Origin: Vicugna vicugna | Lineage: Eukaryota | Reading direction: 5' to 3' | NCBI GenBank assembly: GCA_013265495.1 | Contig: MU059330.1 | Span: 13,649,980-13,713,979 of the forward strand | DNA length: 64,000 nucleotides | Shown: positions 60,001 to 64,000 of the stretch, one piece after another | Numbering within the stretch: position 1 is the first letter of the stretch | Layout of the letters: the number at the start of each line of letters is the position of its first letter | Program-made: the position numbers and the translations under genes | The notes under the pieces: generated by a model | Seen by the model: only the letters and a program-made list of their open reading frames with translations | The model's database searches: none | What the model was told of the DNA's origin: nothing

Positions 60001-61209
60001 CAGAGGGAACTTCCCCAATGGGCTGCTCAGCTTCTCTCGTGATGTCCTTCCCTGAGGTAAGTGTTCCTTTGTCCTCTAGGGCTGGGACGGTGGCCGAGGG
60101 TGGGGCCCCCGTGCGGGAGACGCTGGGCGCGGGGCAGTGGGCAGGAAAGGACAGTGTCTGTGCCCTTTTTGGCTGACAGTTGTAAACTCGCCTGCAGCTG
60201 GAAGGAGCCACCAGAGAGCCCGTGTGCGCTGACCCAGCTTCTCTGTGGGGGGTTAACCATGAGCCGCGTCTGGGACCACCCCGGGTCCTGCTCCTGGGGA
60301 CAGGTCCTCACGTCTCGAGCCCCCAGTGGCCCCGGCAGTCGGCCCAGACCCGGCCTGGGCTCAGAGGCAGGACCCCCGGGAACCTGGGCTGTGAACATCA
60401 AGGTGCAAGACGTCCTCTGACTGCTTGTCATCCAGGAGGTCCACAAACTGCGTTTGGAGGCCGCAGTGGGTGCTGCTGCCAGCGCCCCGGCGGGCGGAGC
60501 GCGGGGGTTCCCCAGGGACCTGAGCGTCTGCTCAGCCCCCGCGTCTTCACACCAGGCGGGGCTGGGCCCCTCCAGGTGGCACTTCCCTGCCATCAGGGAC
60601 AGGGCTGGTGGGGAGAGGGAGCCCAGGGCACCGCCTGCCCGCAGAAAGCCTGACCCTCCATCCCAAAACGCAGAAGACTCTTGGGGCTGAGCTCAGGGTC
60701 GGGGCCACGTCGTCCCCCTTGGAAGGCAACCAAGGAAACAGAGGCCGCGAATAACCCACAGGCCCCACCCTTCTCTCCACGCTTGGAGAACAGCCGTGGA
60801 CTTGGGAAGTTCCGTGTTTCTAGTGGCGCAGGGCGAAGCTCCTCCCCGGTCAGGGTCTCCCGCTCGGGGCCGTGGGGTCGAGACGCGAGAAGCAGCGGGC
60901 TGGCGGCTTTCGATGACTTGATGTTGTCACAGGAGGAAAACGCAAAGAAATGTCTTGAAAACTCCTTTTTGCTTCCTGAATTTTTAAATTCTTGGTTATT
61001 GCAAGAACTGCCCAAAAAGGATCAGTCAGCCCAGACGAGCCGCAGAGAAGGTCCACTACGACCCCTGACCGCCCCTCGGCCAGGTGCAGTGGAAGGGGGC
61101 CAACGCCACGAGCCGCGGGTTGAGGACCACCAGCTGCCCGAGGCTTTCATCCTTGCCCCGACTGATTCAGACATGTCAACATTAGAAATGAAACCTTATT
61201 GCAGTTACA

Positions 61210-61840
61210 GTGATTGGAGGTATAACTGAGATACAAGTGTGACCAATTTGAAGTTCACGGTTCACATACAGCAGCGGGTCCACTTCCACAGTGAAGTGGC
61301 ACGATGTTCTCACCGGTCCAAGAGCCCCTGGAGCCCGGTCTCCATCTTTCTCCCCCCCCTCCCCCGAGCGCCAGGGAGCGATGAACGACACATGTATCAC
61401 ACTGCATTTTCTAGAATTTTGTATGTAGCCTCTGGCCAGCGTTTTTCGCTCAGCTTGGTGACTCCAAGGCCACTCCATCCTGCTGCCTATGTGAGCAGTG
61501 CGTTTCTTCTCGCCGCCGCTGCATCGTACTTCACTGTGGGTCTCAGTCGTGATTTGTTTATTTCCTTCTTGAAGAACACTTGCGTTGTCCCCCGGTTTTG
61601 ATTATTACAACAAAAGCGTCTGGGAAGATTCACGCGCAAGTCTGTGTGAGGACGTGTCTTCACTGCTTTTGGATGAGTCCCTGGAGTGCAATCCTAATGG
61701 GCCCGGTGAGGCCGTGTCTGCCCGGGAAGGCGCCGCTGCAGCTCCCGGAGCAGCTGGGCTGCCTCGCAGCCCCGGCAGCAGGCTGAGAACGGAGGCCGCT
61801 CCTGGTCGCCCTCAGCGTCCCGGTGTCTCCGTTTTCCGGG
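61210..61840 (-). mobile_element. L1MB7/8-type 3' end, extremely GC-shifted in its right half
   Basis: 'gaggtataactgagataca', 'tgcattttctagaattttgtatgt' and 'ttttgattattacaacaaaagcg...attcacgcgcaagtctgtgtgaggacgtg'. Confidence 0.75.
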
Positions 61841-62724
61841 TTCCACTGGCGAGCGATGCCGCCTGGGCGAGGTTTTAACTTACATCTCCGAGGGACGGGA
61901 GGGTACCGGCCATTCAGATGGCCCCCGCTGTGAAGTGCATTTGCTGACCTTGGCCCGTTTGCTGAGCTCTGTTTTGTCACCACACTGCGCTATGAGGGCC
62001 TCTGACTGTGCCCACCGCGGTCGGAGCGTGTTTTCTTACGATTTAATCTTTTCTCTCTTCCTGGGACTTGTTTTAAGGCCCAGCACGGTCTCTCTTGATA
62101 AATGTTCGCCGTTTTCTTTTAAAAAGAGGAGAAAAGGCCAATTAGAAATCCTATGTCCAAGTGAGAATCTTGGGGAAAAATAGAAAATTGATCCTTCTTG
62201 AGAGACTATTAAGTTAAAGCTTGGCGTCTGCTGCCTTCCCAGGGTCGGTTGCTCATGCTGTCAGCTTGCCCGTCAGGACTTCGTGGGAGCAGAGGGACGC
62301 ACAGTGGGAGCTCCGGGGCTCACACGCGTGCCCGCTGGGGGGCGGCAAGGATGAGGTTGTGCGGCCCTGAACGTGGTGTTGGCAGCAGGCGCCCATAGGT
62401 GGACGCTGCGTCCTTCATGGAAGTGATTGCCTGGAGTGTTTCCGTGTCAAACCAGGGAAGACACACAAAGGTGAGCTGGCGAAATCCCCCACCTTCTCAG
62501 GCCCACACTCCCAGCATCGCTGGGCTCAGCTTCTTGGCTTCAGACACGTGTGTTGTGAAAATCCGCCCACAAAACCTGGGCCCGGACCGAGGCTCAGGGC
62601 AGCCCGGCCCCGCCTGGCCAGCAGAAGGAGTGCGGGGCGGCTCCTCTGCCGCGTCTCGGCTGCTTGAGGAACACCGCGGCGACGGGGGTGTCGATGTCAC
62701 TGCGTCTGGATAAATAATTTAATT

Positions 62725-63000
62725 CTTTTAGGAACGCTCACACTGTTTTGGATAGTGGCTGCACCAATTTACCCCCCCACCAAAAGTGAACAAGGGCACC
62801 CTTTTCCCCACATCCTCGCCAGCACGTGTTATTGGCAGTCTCTTTGGTAGCAGCCATCCGGACAGGCGTGGGCTGGTGCCTCATGCGGCCGTGACTTGTG
62901 TTTCCCTGGTGATCAGAGGTGCCGGGCACCCTTCCCCGCGCCAGCTGGCCGTCGGCATGTCGTCTCTGAAACGACGTCTGTTCAGGCTTTGCCCACTCGC
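62725..63000 (-). mobile_element. L1MA-type ORF2/3' fragment
   Basis: 'tttaggaacgctcacactgttttggatagtggctgcaccaatttac...ccacatcctcgccagcac'. Confidence 0.85.
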
Positions 63001-64000
63001 TCTTTCCTCCATAGTCCGCCCAAGGTCACAGAGCCCTGCCTCTAACTCTCATTTTTTCAACAAAAAACCTCAGGCGAGCGATGCTACCTTTTAGCGTCTG
63101 GCGACTCTGCTTGTAAATGGGCAGAGTTGCTCAGGAAACGCTGCATGGAGTTAATTTAAGAAATACTTGCCGGCCCACTTGTGCACTCTTTAATTTAGCA
63201 AATACTTGCCAGGTCGCATGGCCCAGATGCCTGTGAGCGCAGGCCCTCCGAACAAACACCAGCTGCTCGTGCCCAGACAGACGCACTGGGGGTCAGTCGT
63301 GTGGCCGTGCACAGCAGGCGGGTGTGCGAAACACAGACAGTGGCTGCAGGAGACGCGTCGGCTCTGCCGGGGGCGCCCAGCCGGGGGGGGGGTGGCGTCA
63401 CGGCCACGGTGCCATCCGAGCCGCGCACTGACGCAGGGAGGAGGCCTGCTGGCGGAGGGCTCGCCTCGGAAAGGAGGCTCACGGCCCCTTCTCGGCTGCG
63501 GGGGCCCACCTCTCAGAGGAGGGCGGGCAGAAGCGTGAAGGAGACCTTTAAGCCCACGGGGGTGAGAGCGAGAGCAGGGCAGCCCGGACCCAGGGGGAGG
63601 GAAGCTCGCAGACGCGCCCGCCCCCGCCCCCGCCGCACAGGCGGCCGCTGCCCTTGTCCGGTTTGGTTTTCTCTTCTCGGTGAATGAAAAGGGAAGGAAA
63701 AGGGGGACAGAAGAGCAAAGCGGAACATTAAGGAAAAGAGGATGAACTGAACCTCCTGGCTAATCAGAGGGAAATCGGGTAGAGAAACACACGCCGCGAG
63801 GTCATCTCACGGCCGGGCACTCAGAGTCTCACTTAGACTTTTGGAACGACTGTCCCCAAGGCTCCCAGAGCCGCGCGCGGGCCGGTGACACCCGGCGCCC
63901 CGTCCTGCCCAAAGCTGGGTCTGCGTGAGCCCCACTGAAGCCCGAGACAGCATGGACGCAGCTGCGTGTTGTGCTTTTATTCGCCTCCTTTGCGTCCTGC

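Noticed and set aside
1-64000. Six-frame ORFs of 60-290 aa as genes
   Set aside because: They are Pro/Arg/Gly/Ala/Ser-rich translations typical of GC-rich non-coding DNA, overlap on both strands, often start at non-ATG codons or lie in TE relics, and contain no recognisable domain.
1-64000. tRNA, rRNA, snRNA, 7SL or miRNA genes and a named host gene
   Set aside because: No recognisable structural RNA sequence was seen, and I cannot identify the locus from memory. BLAT of the CNE candidates to human would settle it.

Overview
This is mammalian genomic DNA: GC- and CpG-rich, non-coding, and resembling a distal or subtelomeric gene desert or very large intron. I recognise no protein-coding exon, tRNA, rRNA, snRNA or CRISPR array. 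The supplied ORFs look like chance ORFs in GC-rich DNA, or come from repeats or N-gaps. The repeat content is mostly old eutherian elements: MaLR internal, MLT1A-type, MLT2, MER20, L2, MIR and L1MB/MC/MD/ME. It also includes a cetartiodactyl-type L1 3' end, a MER41-like ERV1 solo LTR and a Tigger2-type MITE. I see no PRE-1, Bov-tA, CHR or CanSINE SINEs, so the host is probably an artiodactyl, possibly a camelid (inference). Repeat family names come from my memory of consensus sequences and need confirming with RepeatMasker/Dfam. Between the repeats are many AT-rich unique islands dense in homeodomain, SOX, TCF, FOX and POU motifs, which look like conserved enhancers of a developmental regulator I cannot name. 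The most notable observations are: (1) a TSD-flanked L1 insertion that appears to carry an ~850-bp 3' transduction, nested in an older L1; (2) a two-variant 16-bp minisatellite with higher-order structure, expanded inside an L2; (3) an extended CTCF site with its upstream module; (4) strong, patchy AT-to-GC drift in old repeats; and (5) N-runs that look base-sized. The sequence alone does not support a wholly new biological system.
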